From positions 32,001-96,000 of the IMG/VR virus record IMGVR_UViG_2974601178_000001: 64,000 nt of DNA; one strand, given 5' to 3'. This stretch comes from a virus. Taxonomy: Duplodnaviria; Caudoviricetes. Below the pieces are notes generated by a model. The model searched no databases, was not told the DNA's origin, and saw only the letters and a program-made list of their open reading frames with translations. Positions 10,612 to 21,306 of this stretch are shown here, piece by piece (the first letter of the stretch is position 1; each line of letters begins with the position of its first letter). The position numbers were made by a program, and so were the translations under genes.

Positions 10612-10723
10612 TTTCATTAAATGCTTAAATAACATTTGACACTATAACACCCTTTTGCTAATATTTACTTATTGGTGAGAGGGTGTTTTTATATCCGATG
10701 GTAAATTTTAATTAAGAGGTACT

Positions 10724-10933
10724 ATGAGAAAACGAGATAAGATTAAAAGTATAACACCTTTTATATTTGGAGCACTTTGGGCAATTGTGTTCTGGTTAAT
10801 GGGAGTCACTACTGAAGGAGGAGATTCACTATTAGTTGTAGGTGGATGGGTAGCTTTGGTGTTAATAAGTGTCCTTGTCACAGATGAAGGTATTGACCTT
10901 TTCGACAAGAACGATAATGAAGAAGATGATTAA
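10724..10933 (+). CDS. Small two-TM membrane protein
   Basis: Two hydrophobic segments; SD GAGG; upstream TTGACA-17-TAATAT promoter. Confidence 0.65.
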   Translation: MRKRDKIKSITPFIFGALWAIVFWLMGVTTEGGDSLLVVGGWVALVLISVLVTDEGIDLFDKNDNEEDD

Positions 10934-10952
10934 ATTTTAAGAAGGGGTTATT

Positions 10953-11219
10953 ATGAAACAGTATACTCACGTAAATCAAAATCACATCAGGAAGAATATA
11001 AAACTTCCGCCAGAAGAAAGATTACCTGTTGTGACAAGTAAAACTTATAAAGAAAATAACTATTTCAACAATGCGGAATTAGTTTGCAAAGATACTGGTA
11101 AAGTTGTGGCAAAGGTGGTATATTCTCCTGATAAACCGTTGAGCTGCGGTGCTCGTCTTTTCATACTTACAGATACAGATGATATTGAAATTAGGGAGAT
11201 GACTAATGGTGATAGTTGA
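10953..11219 (+). CDS. Conserved phage hypothetical protein
   Basis: HVNQxxIRxN...VVYSPDKPLSCGA pattern typical of a widespread phage family. Confidence 0.7.
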   Translation: MKQYTHVNQNHIRKNIKLPPEERLPVVTSKTYKENNYFNNAELVCKDTGKVVAKVVYSPDKPLSCGARLFILTDTDDIEIREMTNGDS

Positions 11220-11442
11220 TATACACTTAAGCAGATTAGGTATTATTTCAGGTGATTCCAAACGTTTATTGGAACCCTATATAGATAGTAGGTTATTTTC
11301 ACAAAGGAAATCTTATGATGAATACACCATTGACACTGATAGTGTTAAAATTAGAATGGACATCAAAGATTTATTTATACTTTCAGAAAAGTTTATTGTC
11401 ACTGTGGGGAATGGTTGGGTAGAATTGGAGGAAATAATTTGA
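11206..11442 (+). CDS. Hypothetical protein
   Basis: 78 aa, overlapping neighbours. Confidence 0.6.
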   Translation: MVIVDIHLSRLGIISGDSKRLLEPYIDSRLFSQRKSYDEYTIDTDSVKIRMDIKDLFILSEKFIVTVGNGWVELEEII

Positions 11443-12023
11443 ATAAAAGTTTAATGTTTAGCAGCGACAACCAAAAATGGGCAACTAGAGAAACCTGTTT
11501 TAGAAGCATAGAACAGCAATTAGGACGTTCCTACAATGTTGACCCCTGCTGCGAAGAATCCACCGCAAAATGTAAGTTGTTCATCACACAAGAAGATGAC
11601 TTATTTAAAGTGGATAGTATACGAGAGAAGTTTAACCTTCCTAAAGTGGAAATGTTTGTCAATCCGCCTTATGGAACAATGCAGAAGAAGTTTGTTGAAA
11701 AGGTAATTACTTTGTGTGAAGAAGATAACGTTGTTGCGGATATATTAATTCCTTCTCGCACAGATACACAACTTTTCCACGATGTTATTCTTCCTAAAGC
11801 AAATGCTGTATATTTTATAAAAGGTCGTATCACATTCGGGGATGATGCTTATTGGCAGTGGGTTTGGGAACAAGAATTTATTGATGGAAAGAAGAATTCC
11901 CTTTATCAAAAGTTTGGTAAGATGAATCCAGCACCATTCCCCTCAATGGTAGTGTCTGTTGGTGGAAAGGGTATTTTCCAAATGAGTACATTACAATTAG
12001 AGAAGGAGAAATATGATGGATGA
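11439..12023 (+). CDS. Phage DNA N6-adenine methyltransferase (phage Dam-like family)
   Basis: WxT, DPCC, FVNPPY, LIPSRTDT, FIKGRI; start likely TTG 11439 after GGAGG. Confidence 0.85.
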   Translation: MNKSLMFSSDNQKWATRETCFRSIEQQLGRSYNVDPCCEESTAKCKLFITQEDDLFKVDSIREKFNLPKVEMFVNPPYGTMQKKFVEKVITLCEEDNVVADILIPSRTDTQLFHDVILPKANAVYFIKGRITFGDDAYWQWVWEQEFIDGKKNSLYQKFGKMNPAPFPSMVVSVGGKGIFQMSTLQLEKEKYDG

Positions 12024-12375
12024 AGATTCCTTACAAGGACAACTTTCATCAATAGGAAACCTTCTGCACAACATTTGTTGTTCAATAGAAGATGAACAGC
12101 ATCAAGATACCCTTGGAAAAATGGCAACTGACCTCTGGGAATTATCTAAGTTTTATAAGTTAACACCTGAACAAAAACTTCGTGCAAAAGTATGGGACAC
12201 TGTTGCGGAAACAGATATTCGTGAATCGGATATCGACTCTATCACAACGGACATTTTGGAAAGTATGATCCTTTCACATGGACTACTTCCTATGCAAGTG
12301 TTGGAAATTGTGTTGGAGGAATGCCTCACCAAACAGGACGTTTCAGACGCAATTGATTCCCTTATGGTAGGGTAG
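12013..12375 (+). CDS. Hypothetical protein
   Basis: 120 aa, SD AGGAG. Confidence 0.65.
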   Translation: MMDEDSLQGQLSSIGNLLHNICCSIEDEQHQDTLGKMATDLWELSKFYKLTPEQKLRAKVWDTVAETDIRESDIDSITTDILESMILSHGLLPMQVLEIVLEECLTKQDVSDAIDSLMVG

Positions 12376-12608
12376 CTTACCTATTATTATAAAAACCTCT
12401 TAGACGTTCTGTTTAAGGGGTTATTTTCGTTTCAAAGGATATATTTATGAATGGGTACAAGGTTGGTGAAGTGGTGGGACGTAAATTGGCAGGGAGTAGA
12501 CTTTTCAAATTGAAATATGTTGGGGAAGTTTATTGCATTGCGGAAAATGTTTCCACTGGTGAAGAATGTGTTATTAAATTGAAGAATTTGAAGAAGCCTA
12601 TCTAAAAT

Positions 12609-12633
12609 AAAAGGGAGCGAAAGCTCCCTTTTT
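12609..12633. terminator. Bidirectional terminator
   Basis: AAAAGGGAGC-GAAA-GCTCCCTTTTT between convergent genes. Confidence 0.85.
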
Positions 12634-12645
12634 GCTAGGTGTAAA

Positions 12646-12921
12646 TTATTTAACCTTGTTTGCCTCTCTACGTTTCTTGTTATTTACCCAAACAACACTT
12701 TGCTCAATGTCATATTCCTTTATCAAAGCATTATAACTCTTTTCCAAATCAACATTTGAAACAATACCCTCCCTTTCCATAAAACGAGATACACTTCCTA
12801 AATTAGGGAAAGTTTTGGTTGAAGCTTTATACCAATTACCCGAATCTTCTGCCACCTTGTGATGATGTAGAAGGTAATACCCGTTTTTGTACTCTGTACT
12901 CCATGTTTTATTAATAAACAT
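12646..12921 (-). CDS. Hypothetical protein
   Basis: 91 aa, SD AGGAG. Confidence 0.65.
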   Translation of the reverse strand: MFINKTWSTEYKNGYYLLHHHKVAEDSGNWYKASTKTFPNLGSVSRFMEREGIVSNVDLEKSYNALIKEYDIEQSVVWVNNKKRREANKVK

Positions 12922-13193
12922 TATTTAATCTCCTTTTTGTTAAGTTCCCACTTCTTCCAAACGTCATTCATCACTTGTGAATAACTCCTCAAATACTTTT
13001 CCTTATATTGCTCACATTCCCATTCATCACCAACTTCTGCCATGAACAAAGTGTACTCCTCTTCGGGTAAAGTATCCCACTTACTTTCAACCAAAGGGAC
13101 TTCCTTTTTAGGAGGAGCACCCTTCCTCGCATCTTCTTTCATCTTATCCGCAAAAGCTTGTAATTCTACTAAAGCTTCCTCTACACTAGACAT
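12921..13193 (-). CDS. Hypothetical protein
   Basis: 90 aa, SD AGGAG, upstream TTGACA promoter on minus strand. Confidence 0.65.
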   Translation of the reverse strand: MSSVEEALVELQAFADKMKEDARKGAPPKKEVPLVESKWDTLPEEEYTLFMAEVGDEWECEQYKEKYLRSYSQVMNDVWKKWELNKKEIK

Positions 13194-13333
13194 ATATTCT
13201 CCTTTTGTTAATATTAATCTTTATTGTAACAGGTAACACCTTTATGTCAACAGGGAAATACTTTTAGACAAGGTGTTGACTTGCGGAAATATTAGTGTAG
13301 AATTGAGGTTTATTGTTAATGAGAGGAGATGTT

Positions 13334-14887
13334 ATGAGTTATAACTCGGAGAAGTTGGGGCAAGTGTTAAGTAGATTACCTTTTACTCTGACAGAGGAAC
13401 AAGATTTCTTCGTGAGGGATTTTATTAAAGGAGAAGGTCATGGGGTATTATTAGGTGATCAGGGTTCGGGGAAGAGTACTGTAATGGAAGTTTTAGCAGA
13501 ATATTATCAAGATGAGATACTATTTGGAGGTAGTAGTGGTGTGGCTACAGTTAACCTACCTAATAATATTGGGGCAGCCACAGGCCACAAGATGTTAAAG
13601 TTGTCGGTAGGAGAGGCAATAGAAGCTGACTACAAAAAATCGGCAATAGCAACTTTAACCAAGAGTGATATGATTAAAATTATAGTTTTAGATGAAGCCT
13701 TCTGCTATACAAGTCAAGATCTCGACCAGATGCTTAATCAGATTAGAAAATTGAATAAATCCACAGCTAAAAGGGGTATGCGAAATATAAGGTTACTTTT
13801 AGTGGGAGATTGTCTACAAAGATTACCTATAGTAGAGGATCACTTGAAGGTTAAGATGGAAGAAAAATTCGGACACTACCTGATGTTTAAAAGTTGGGTT
13901 TGGAAAAGGTTCAATGCTAAATCTTATGTGCTGCAAGTTAATAAGAGGCAAGATGGAAACTCTCCCAAAGATATATGGTTCAAGAAAGCACTGTACGTAC
14001 TTCGTTATGGAGTAGAACAGCATTACGACAAAGTATTAGAAGGGTTGAACAAATTGGTGGTTGGTGATGATTACGAGGAAGGTAGCTTATACCTTGCCCC
14101 CACTAACTCTGCTGTGAACGCATACAATAATGCTTACTTACAAACCAATCCTAACGAAAAATTTACCTTTACTGTAGAGTTCGATAAGAAATACGATAAA
14201 AAGGATTTTCCTATGGAGAAGGAAGTTACTCTTGCAGAAGGTTGTAAAGTTATTGCTTTGGTAAACAATGAGGATGGTGGTTATCAAAACGGAACAGAAG
14301 TGACTATTAAGAGTATCTTACCTAACGAGGGGGTTGTTGGTTTAAAAGAAGACGGTAGTGAAATATTCATAGAATTGCACGAATTTAAACAAGAGGAAAT
14401 AGTGGCGGTGGAAGCTACCCCAGAGAGTTTGAAGACGTATGATGTAGTAAACAAGTTATCAGAGGAAGATATTCTTTCGGAAGAAGGACAAGAGTCTTTA
14501 ACCAGAGAAGCCCTAAATAAACTTTACTCTACTAAAGTAAAGAATAAAATACTTGTACAAGAGAGGCAGCACATAGCGAGTGCTTTCATGTTACCTTGTA
14601 AACTAAGTGCAGGTTATGTGATAGCCCGTTCGCAAGGTAAGACGTTTAATAGAAAAGGGTTGATTGATGTAGGAGAACCAAATAAAGATTACTTTTACAC
14701 TTGGAGTAAAATGCCAGACTACATGGTAGCTGGTCTGTTTGTAGCTTTAGGTAGGTTTACTAGTATTGACCATATCCAGCTAGTACGTCCTATAGAAAAG
14801 AAGCATATAAAAGTTTGCCGAGATTCTGTAAACTTCTGGTGGAAATGCGTTGACGAGTTTAATAAAATGAGAGGTTGTAATGACTAA
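13334..14887 (+). CDS. SF1B (Pif1/RecD/Dda-like) DNA helicase
   Basis: GDQGSGKS, LDEA, VGDxLQxLP, NKRQ, SQGxT, VALGR; ATG 13334 after GAGGAG. Confidence 0.85.
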   Translation: MSYNSEKLGQVLSRLPFTLTEEQDFFVRDFIKGEGHGVLLGDQGSGKSTVMEVLAEYYQDEILFGGSSGVATVNLPNNIGAATGHKMLKLSVGEAIEADYKKSAIATLTKSDMIKIIVLDEAFCYTSQDLDQMLNQIRKLNKSTAKRGMRNIRLLLVGDCLQRLPIVEDHLKVKMEEKFGHYLMFKSWVWKRFNAKSYVLQVNKRQDGNSPKDIWFKKALYVLRYGVEQHYDKVLEGLNKLVVGDDYEEGSLYLAPTNSAVNAYNNAYLQTNPNEKFTFTVEFDKKYDKKDFPMEKEVTLAEGCKVIALVNNEDGGYQNGTEVTIKSILPNEGVVGLKEDGSEIFIELHEFKQEEIVAVEATPESLKTYDVVNKLSEEDILSEEGQESLTREALNKLYSTKVKNKILVQERQHIASAFMLPCKLSAGYVIARSQGKTFNRKGLIDVGEPNKDYFYTWSKMPDYMVAGLFVALGRFTSIDHIQLVRPIEKKHIKVCRDSVNFWWKCVDEFNKMRGCND

Positions 14888-15692
14888 AAGAAAGAAGAGT
14901 AAAATTTATCCTGATGGGAGTAAGTGGTTGCAAAATAATGGATGTTACTTGGAAGTGGTAGAATTTCTAGGTAATGGGTCTTTTATGGTTAAGTTCGAGG
15001 ACAGTCCTGTATTTAAAGCTGATGCCAAAGAGTTTAGAAAAGGGGTAGTTAAGAATAAAAATAAACCTCAGGTATACAATGTAGGGTACATGGGGTATGG
15101 AGAGTTTATGTCCAAAAACTCTTCTAAAAAGCATACACCTGAGTACGAGGTATGGAGGGGAGTGATTCGAAGATGTTATGATGAAAATGCGACTAGTTAC
15201 AATATCTATGGAGGAAAAGGAGTTACTGTTTGCAAAGAATGGCACAACTTCCAAAATTTTGCCCAATGGTATACAAGTTTACCTAATTACAATAAAGGTT
15301 TCAATCTTGATAAGGACTTACTGGATAAAAGCAACATAACATATTCACCAGAAAAATGTACCCTTGTACCTACTTCGGTAAATTCACTTTTCACAGGAGG
15401 TTTTAAAACTATAGTATTCCTGAGACGAGATAAATGGGTTGTTCAAATGCAGATGGGTGAAAAGTGTCTCAATGGTAATAAACGCCAATCTTACTTTGGA
15501 GAATATCATGACCGAGATGAGGCAATAGAAGTTTACTTTGAAAATAAGATTAAACATGTTATAAGTGTTGCCAATAAAGAAAAGGAAAATCTTGATGAAA
15601 TGGTTTATCTGAATTTAACTAACCCTGCTTGGATAAGAGAATACATCGAAGAATTAACACTTTCTCACAAGGACAATGGAGAAGAAGAATGA
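14880..15692 (+). CDS. Putative HNH-type homing endonuclease
   Basis: WxGxIxRCY, VCKEWHNFQNFAQW, LDKDLL, YSPEKC. Confidence 0.8.
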   Translation: MTKRKKSKIYPDGSKWLQNNGCYLEVVEFLGNGSFMVKFEDSPVFKADAKEFRKGVVKNKNKPQVYNVGYMGYGEFMSKNSSKKHTPEYEVWRGVIRRCYDENATSYNIYGGKGVTVCKEWHNFQNFAQWYTSLPNYNKGFNLDKDLLDKSNITYSPEKCTLVPTSVNSLFTGGFKTIVFLRRDKWVVQMQMGEKCLNGNKRQSYFGEYHDRDEAIEVYFENKIKHVISVANKEKENLDEMVYLNLTNPAWIREYIEELTLSHKDNGEEE

Positions 15693-16099
15693 AACTAATC
15701 ATCGCAGGAGGAAGAACCTTTTCAAATTTTGAATATGGTTTCAAATGTATTGACTACATGACAAAAGATACTCCTAAATCCGAAATAACCATCATTTGCG
15801 GCAAGGCCGCAGGTGGTGACACTTGCGGAGAAGAGTGGTACAAACTTCACAAAGAAGATGGTGTGCAAATAGAATACTTTGTCCCAAAGTGGGATGACAC
15901 TTCCGCACCAGACGCTGTTATTAAAATTAATAAATTTGGGAAAGAGTACAATGCTAAAGCAGGAATGGATCGTAATCACGCAATGGGAGACACTGCCACA
16001 CATTTGATTGCCTTTTGGGATAATAATTCTCGTGGTACAAAAGATATGATAAATTACATGACAAAACTGGGTAAACCTATTAAAGTGTTTGAATATTAG
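15689..16099 (+). CDS. SLOG-superfamily (YspA-like) nucleotide-binding protein
   Basis: IIAGGRxF, GxAxGGD, AGMxRNxxM, AFWDxxSRGT. Confidence 0.8.
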   Translation: MKLIIAGGRTFSNFEYGFKCIDYMTKDTPKSEITIICGKAAGGDTCGEEWYKLHKEDGVQIEYFVPKWDDTSAPDAVIKINKFGKEYNAKAGMDRNHAMGDTATHLIAFWDNNSRGTKDMINYMTKLGKPIKVFEY

Positions 16100-16113
16100 G
16101 AAAGGAGATATTA

Positions 16114-16374
16114 ATGTTAAAAGAGATGAAATGTAATTGTGGCTTACCCGTGAGATACTCCCACGGAGCTAAAGGGGATTCTTGTAATAAGTACACTGTA
16201 TGTCCTACGTATGACCAATTGTTAGAAGAAAACCAAAAACTTCAAAAACAATTGTACTGGTACAGGTATTCCGTTAATCAAATTGATGACTATTTCGAAT
16301 ACAGAAATGAATCATTAAAAGACAGGAAGAAGGTTCACCAATTATTAGGTAACCTTACAGATAAACTCGTTTAA
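16114..16374 (+). CDS. Hypothetical protein
   Basis: 86 aa, Cys-rich N-terminus, SD AGGAG. Confidence 0.65.
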   Translation: MLKEMKCNCGLPVRYSHGAKGDSCNKYTVCPTYDQLLEENQKLQKQLYWYRYSVNQIDDYFEYRNESLKDRKKVHQLLGNLTDKLV

Positions 16375-16545
16375 ATTGAGGAGTAAACCAATGGATAAAG
16401 AAAAATGTGTTGAAATTATACATAGTACTATATCTAAAGTACTGTTCACCACTGAAGAGTTTAATTTAACAGATAGTAGGATATTACTAGAAGTTTTAAT
16501 AAAAGAAGGTTACATTAAGGAAACAGTTTTCAAAGGAGAACAATA

Positions 16546-16962
16546 ATGAATAAAATTTATAACTTAACCGAAGGGGATTGGACTAATGCATCAGAGGATG
16601 TCAATGAAATTGTTTACCAATATTTAGAAAATTACCCTAAAGAGGAATTGATCGCCACCAAGAGTGTATTCCTTTACGAAGGTGTTCCTGTTCAAAAGTA
16701 CATGTCCGATTATATCGATGTGGATTACATATTGGATATGGCAGAGAGCAACGCTTGTGATGAAGTGGGTGAATTTGCGGAAGGGTGGTTAGATTATGTC
16801 ACCACACCTCAACGGGATGAATTGGCAGAAATGATCACCTTGTGGGCAAATAAGAACCACCTTCAACCAAAGTTTCAACATGTTGATGAGGTAGAGGAAA
16901 TTGAGGTGGAAGTGGATGAAATTATCCGCAATGAATTATTAAAACTTTTAGAAGGGGAATAA
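16546..16962 (+). CDS. Hypothetical acidic protein
   Basis: 138 aa, SD AGGAG. Confidence 0.7.
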   Translation: MNKIYNLTEGDWTNASEDVNEIVYQYLENYPKEELIATKSVFLYEGVPVQKYMSDYIDVDYILDMAESNACDEVGEFAEGWLDYVTTPQRDELAEMITLWANKNHLQPKFQHVDEVEEIEVEVDEIIRNELLKLLEGE

Positions 16963-16964
16963 TA

Positions 16965-17249
16965 ATGTTCAAAAGTAAAAGACGTTTAGAATTGGAGAAA
17001 GCGGAAGATGAGTTGCACCTTCTTAAAAATGAAATTCGTGAAATGATGTACTGGTGTGCAGCAGATTCTCCTGAAATAGGGTTTGCCATGAGAAGACTCC
17101 TTGGAGAAGATATTCACGAAGTAGGTATTAGTTGTTGGAGAGATAAACTTCGTAAGGGTGTATTCACTTGGGAAGAATATGTACGCCCTACTCCACCTAA
17201 ACCACCTGAGAATCGTATCGTCCATAACGGTAAAATTTTGAGTGAATAA
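16965..17249 (+). CDS. Hypothetical protein
   Basis: 94 aa. Confidence 0.65.
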   Translation: MFKSKRRLELEKAEDELHLLKNEIREMMYWCAADSPEIGFAMRRLLGEDIHEVGISCWRDKLRKGVFTWEEYVRPTPPKPPENRIVHNGKILSE

Positions 17250-17335
17250 TACTTGACTTAAAGAACACTCTTGGGATAATATCATCCAAAAGAGAAATAT
17301 ACTTTACTTTAGAAACACTGGATAGGAGAAATATT

Positions 17336-17851
17336 ATGAAAGAATTAGATTTAACAGGTGCAAAATTATTAAAACTTTGGTTACGAATGGGATACTATGA
17401 TTATCAGCTTTCTGGTGAAAAGGATATTTGCACCCTTGTAAGAATGTGTTTGAAAAGTGGTTTATGTGGAGCGGGTTATTTAGTGGTGATTAGTATTTTA
17501 CTTGCGGGGGTGGTTGCTTCACTTTGGGCAGGGTATTTGATGTTCTCATTTTTAACATTGTACTTACCAGAAGCTTACTATGCCCCTGTGGATGATATAC
17601 TATTCAGTTACATACTCTTACCTGTGCTAAGTGGAATCGCTTTAGTAGGTTTCACTTCGGAAGTGTGCCAAGGTAAAAGAAACTTTACCCCAGAATATAT
17701 GAAACGTCCACTAAGGAAACTTTTCAAAAATAGTACATCTTCTACGGAAGAAAACATTGTTAAAGAAAAGACACCATCTAAAACGTGGATTGCCATTAAG
17801 GAAATGTATCGTAGTGTGAAAGATAAAACTTGTATCAAGGTGAGATTATGA
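17336..17851 (+). CDS. Membrane protein
   Basis: Two hydrophobic segments, SD AGGAG. Confidence 0.7.
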   Translation: MKELDLTGAKLLKLWLRMGYYDYQLSGEKDICTLVRMCLKSGLCGAGYLVVISILLAGVVASLWAGYLMFSFLTLYLPEAYYAPVDDILFSYILLPVLSGIALVGFTSEVCQGKRNFTPEYMKRPLRKLFKNSTSSTEENIVKEKTPSKTWIAIKEMYRSVKDKTCIKVRL

Positions 17852-18043
17852 GTAAAAAGAACCCTCCTAAAAATAGAGACTTTCTCGGATTAGTTAAATC
17901 TGGTGAGAATGTTTATTGGGACATATTCTTCTATGGCAGAAAGGAGGACGGTCTTAGAAAAGCTGAATTTGTTGATAGAGGTTTGTTCTCTATGCCACCA
18001 CTTATACGTTGGGAAGAAATGCCTATTATAAAGGAATCAGATT

Positions 18044-18436
18044 ATGATAAATAACATTAGAATCAAGAATCAACCTCTGTTCAAAGAGTTAACTTTTCAT
18101 GAACAGGAGATGAAACCTTTTGTGTTGAAGTTTTCTGTGCCCTATAATCATCGTAATCTTTATGTCGATAGTACATCACACTCAGAAGTGTTATCAACAC
18201 CTTTTGAATATAAAATCCTTGAGGAAGTGTTCAACTATGAACCAAATTCAAACATTTTTACAAAGGAAGAAACTGAGAGTAAGTTACGAGAGATATCGCA
18301 TGTTTTATCAGCAGCATCTGAAATTGTAAAAGTGATGTCTCTAGATGAAGTGGAATTTATTGAAGTGGACAAAGAAACTTTTGATAAGTGGCTTACATTT
18401 CGGGAATGGTATTATATTGTAGGAGAAGGTTTATGA
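18044..18436 (+). CDS. Hypothetical protein
   Basis: 130 aa in tightly packed operon. Confidence 0.65.
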   Translation: MINNIRIKNQPLFKELTFHEQEMKPFVLKFSVPYNHRNLYVDSTSHSEVLSTPFEYKILEEVFNYEPNSNIFTKEETESKLREISHVLSAASEIVKVMSLDEVEFIEVDKETFDKWLTFREWYYIVGEGL

Positions 18437-18723
18437 GAACAGAGAAAATATTGAGACGTGAAGATGGTTCCCGTGTTAAAATTATAGTAGAGTACCATAT
18501 AGAACGTTATATGCAAAAACAAGGATACAGAACGCTAGTATTCACTTGTGAGAAAGGTAAACGCACTTGGAAACCTAGTTTCGATGAAGATTGTTACAGA
18601 TACCGCACATTAAGTATGGAAGATCGTAAAGTTTTTGAAGAGGAGTCTAAGTTGAATCATGTCACGGAAGAAGAATTATTGGATGCAAAAATACTCTTAT
18701 GGCAGAGGATGAAACCTGATTAA
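18433..18723 (+). CDS. Hypothetical protein
   Basis: ATGA overlap with previous gene. Confidence 0.65.
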   Translation: MRTEKILRREDGSRVKIIVEYHIERYMQKQGYRTLVFTCEKGKRTWKPSFDEDCYRYRTLSMEDRKVFEEESKLNHVTEEELLDAKILLWQRMKPD

Positions 18724-18754
18724 AGTGTTAATCACTATTTAACAAGAGGAGGAA

Positions 18755-19030
18755 TTGAACATGAGTTATATACTTTTGACAATGGCTGTTGTAACATATA
18801 TCCTACTTCAAAAGATTAAGTTTAAAAATATGGAAATGGAAGCTTATAGGTCAGAGGATCAAGGTTGTTACGATGTAAATCTTGGAAGAAGGAATTTCAC
18901 TTTTGATAATGGCAATGTCAGGTCAAGAAGGGCTTGCCGTAAACGAAAGGTAATTGCACATTTTGAAAGTATTGAAGATTCAGGGAACATGGATTGGAAA
19001 ACTAAGTGGAAAGTTTATAGAGGGTACTAA
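18755..19030 (+). CDS. Hypothetical protein with N-terminal TM
   Basis: SD GAGGAGG. Confidence 0.6.
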   Translation: MNMSYILLTMAVVTYILLQKIKFKNMEMEAYRSEDQGCYDVNLGRRNFTFDNGNVRSRRACRKRKVIAHFESIEDSGNMDWKTKWKVYRGY

Positions 19031-19031
19031 T

Positions 19032-19481
19032 ATGAAAGATTTTAACAGTTTTACAAAAGAACTAGTGGAAACAAAGAATAAACTGGGCAGCATGGAGACA
19101 ACACTTAACGAACTTTGCGATTTTCTAAATAATGTTACCCACTTATGTATAGACGGAGAAGACTTATCATATTATAATCCATTTTCTAAAGGTTATAATG
19201 AAACAGTGGATAGCTGGGGTGTAGGTGACAACAATATCACAGTGGCGCTCTCTTACCACGATTCTTATGACGATTATGAAACACATTCAAGAATGGAGAT
19301 ACCTTCTGAAATAGTAGACCTTTTTCTCAGTAAGGATAAGGCTGCAAGTGAGGATACTATCACCAAAGAAGTGCTACGTTTGTGCAAAGATAGTAAGGAT
19401 AGGGAAGAGTATTTATTTTTAGAAGGTTTGAAATCTTCTGCTAAAGAGTTGGGTTATGTTTTGGTGAGGGAAGACTTATGA
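19032..19481 (+). CDS. Hypothetical protein
   Basis: Likely start ATG 19032 within ORF 18954..19481. Confidence 0.65.
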   Translation: MKDFNSFTKELVETKNKLGSMETTLNELCDFLNNVTHLCIDGEDLSYYNPFSKGYNETVDSWGVGDNNITVALSYHDSYDDYETHSRMEIPSEIVDLFLSKDKAASEDTITKEVLRLCKDSKDREEYLFLEGLKSSAKELGYVLVREDL

Positions 19482-19885
19482 AATATAAAGTGATAAGTTT
19501 CACCCAAAGGGAATGCCCCCAAAGGGAGAGTATTTTCAATGTGTTGATCGGAGAATATACTATAAAATCTTTATGTGGTGGGTACGTTAAGATAATAGGA
19601 CATAATGAGTACGAAAAAGGTATTGAAGAAGATGGATATATCAATTTTTATGGTGTTCAGGCTTTAGAAAGGGTTATTACACGGTTGACTAAGATTGGGA
19701 TTGAGCTAGAGTTGATTGGTAATGTACCTTGGGTGTACTTAAGAAGTGTAAATGGTATTCCTGTGACTGAGAAGAAGAATGCGAGACATGGTTACTGTGT
19801 AGATTACATGATAGGCAAAAGGCATCTGAATTTTAGGAAAGATTTATTTGCTAAGGTGAGAGAGTTGGTGAAGGAGAAAATATGA
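19478..19885 (+). CDS. Hypothetical protein
   Basis: ATGA overlaps both sides. Confidence 0.65.
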   Translation: MKYKVISFTQRECPQRESIFNVLIGEYTIKSLCGGYVKIIGHNEYEKGIEEDGYINFYGVQALERVITRLTKIGIELELIGNVPWVYLRSVNGIPVTEKKNARHGYCVDYMIGKRHLNFRKDLFAKVRELVKEKI

Positions 19886-20385
19886 AAACTCTAATCTACC
19901 GAGTAGAGGATAAATTTGGTAAAGGGTACAGTGGAGATTTTGAATATAGCTTATCCTCAGAAATAAACAACTTCACCAAACTAGGTGTTCACATGTGCCA
20001 TGTAGATGAAGATACCTACATGAGGAAACGTCCTCGTCCAGAAGATGATAACATTTTTAACATAGAGGAACACCACTTATTCGGATTCACTTCACATTCA
20101 CAAATTGTATCTTGGTTTGGTGAAGAACAATTGGTACTGGGTAAATTACTTGGTGGAAAAATAGTGATCTATGAAGTGGACGGCTCTAGTGTGAAAAGAG
20201 GTGATTGCCAAGCAGTGTTCGATAGCCGTTGTACTAAATTGGTGTCCTCTTATGAAATGGATTACTTTCTGGAAGATAGTGTAAGAGAAAGTTTATTTGA
20301 TTTCAAAGAAGAAGTGGAAGACTCTTTAGAATGTGATATGGAAATTCCAGAAGGGTTGCTGTTTTTGATAGAGGAGGTAATATGA
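19882..20385 (+). CDS. Hypothetical protein, possibly ADP-ribosyltransferase-like fold
   Basis: IYRVE...FGFTS...QAVF pattern; fold assignment tentative. Confidence 0.5.
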   Translation: MKTLIYRVEDKFGKGYSGDFEYSLSSEINNFTKLGVHMCHVDEDTYMRKRPRPEDDNIFNIEEHHLFGFTSHSQIVSWFGEEQLVLGKLLGGKIVIYEVDGSSVKRGDCQAVFDSRCTKLVSSYEMDYFLEDSVRESLFDFKEEVEDSLECDMEIPEGLLFLIEEVI

Positions 20386-20765
20386 AAAACAAAAAACACA
20401 AGATATAATAGCACTTGCACAAGATTTACTTTATTTAAAAGGGGAATTTGAAGGAGAGAATAAACTTTACGGAAGTTGTCCTGATGGGTATGTGACACTT
20501 GATGCAATTATTGAATATTGCAAAGAGAATGACTACCTTTTGGAACATGTGATTAAGGTTGCGAGGCAGGTGCATAAATTTTGATTAAGAGTGTTGACAT
20601 ACATTTTTATAAAAGTTAATATACTTGCATAAAATATATTTAAGAGGAGGAAAAGTATTATGAATATTGTAAAAAAGGTGTTATCCTTGTTTTCAAAGGG
20701 TGTTGATTGGACTGATGTGGTACGTGATTGTGTTAAGTAATTTAGAATAAAGGAGGTGGTTTATT

Positions 20766-21287
20766 TTGAGCAATGTTAATGATAAAGTTATGACACCAGA
20801 TTTTATAGTGGACGAGGTATTAGAAGAGTTTGGGTATCTTATAGGACAACAAGAGTCTATACTAGAACCTTTTCTAGGAGAAGGGGCGTTCTACAATAAA
20901 CTGTTAAATTACAGTGAAGATGTATCTTGGTGTGAGATAGATAAGGGTGTGGACTTTCTAGATTATAAAGGTAAAGATGATTGGATTATAACTAACCCTC
21001 CCTATTCCGTGTTTAAACAGATGCTACCTAAAATGCTAGAGGTTTCTGATAATGTGGTTATGGTGATACCATTGAATAAACTGATGTCTAGTATGCCAAG
21101 GTTAATGGATGTGGAAAGGGCAGGTTTCGGTATCAAGAGGCTGCATTATCTTGGTAGTGGCAGGCAGCTTAAGTTCCCTTTCGGGTTCCCTGTGGCAGCT
21201 ATTTACGTCAAGAAAGGTTATAAGGGTGATACAAAGATTACATACGCTAAAAGGTGTCTGGATGCGAAGAGAAAAAGGGAAGGTTAG
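20766..21287 (+). CDS. DNA adenine methyltransferase
   Basis: LEPFLGEGAF SAM motif, CEID, ITNPPYS. Confidence 0.85.
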   Translation: MSNVNDKVMTPDFIVDEVLEEFGYLIGQQESILEPFLGEGAFYNKLLNYSEDVSWCEIDKGVDFLDYKGKDDWIITNPPYSVFKQMLPKMLEVSDNVVMVIPLNKLMSSMPRLMDVERAGFGIKRLHYLGSGRQLKFPFGFPVAAIYVKKGYKGDTKITYAKRCLDAKRKREG

Positions 21288-21306
21288 ATAACATTGTGTA
21301 AAAGAT

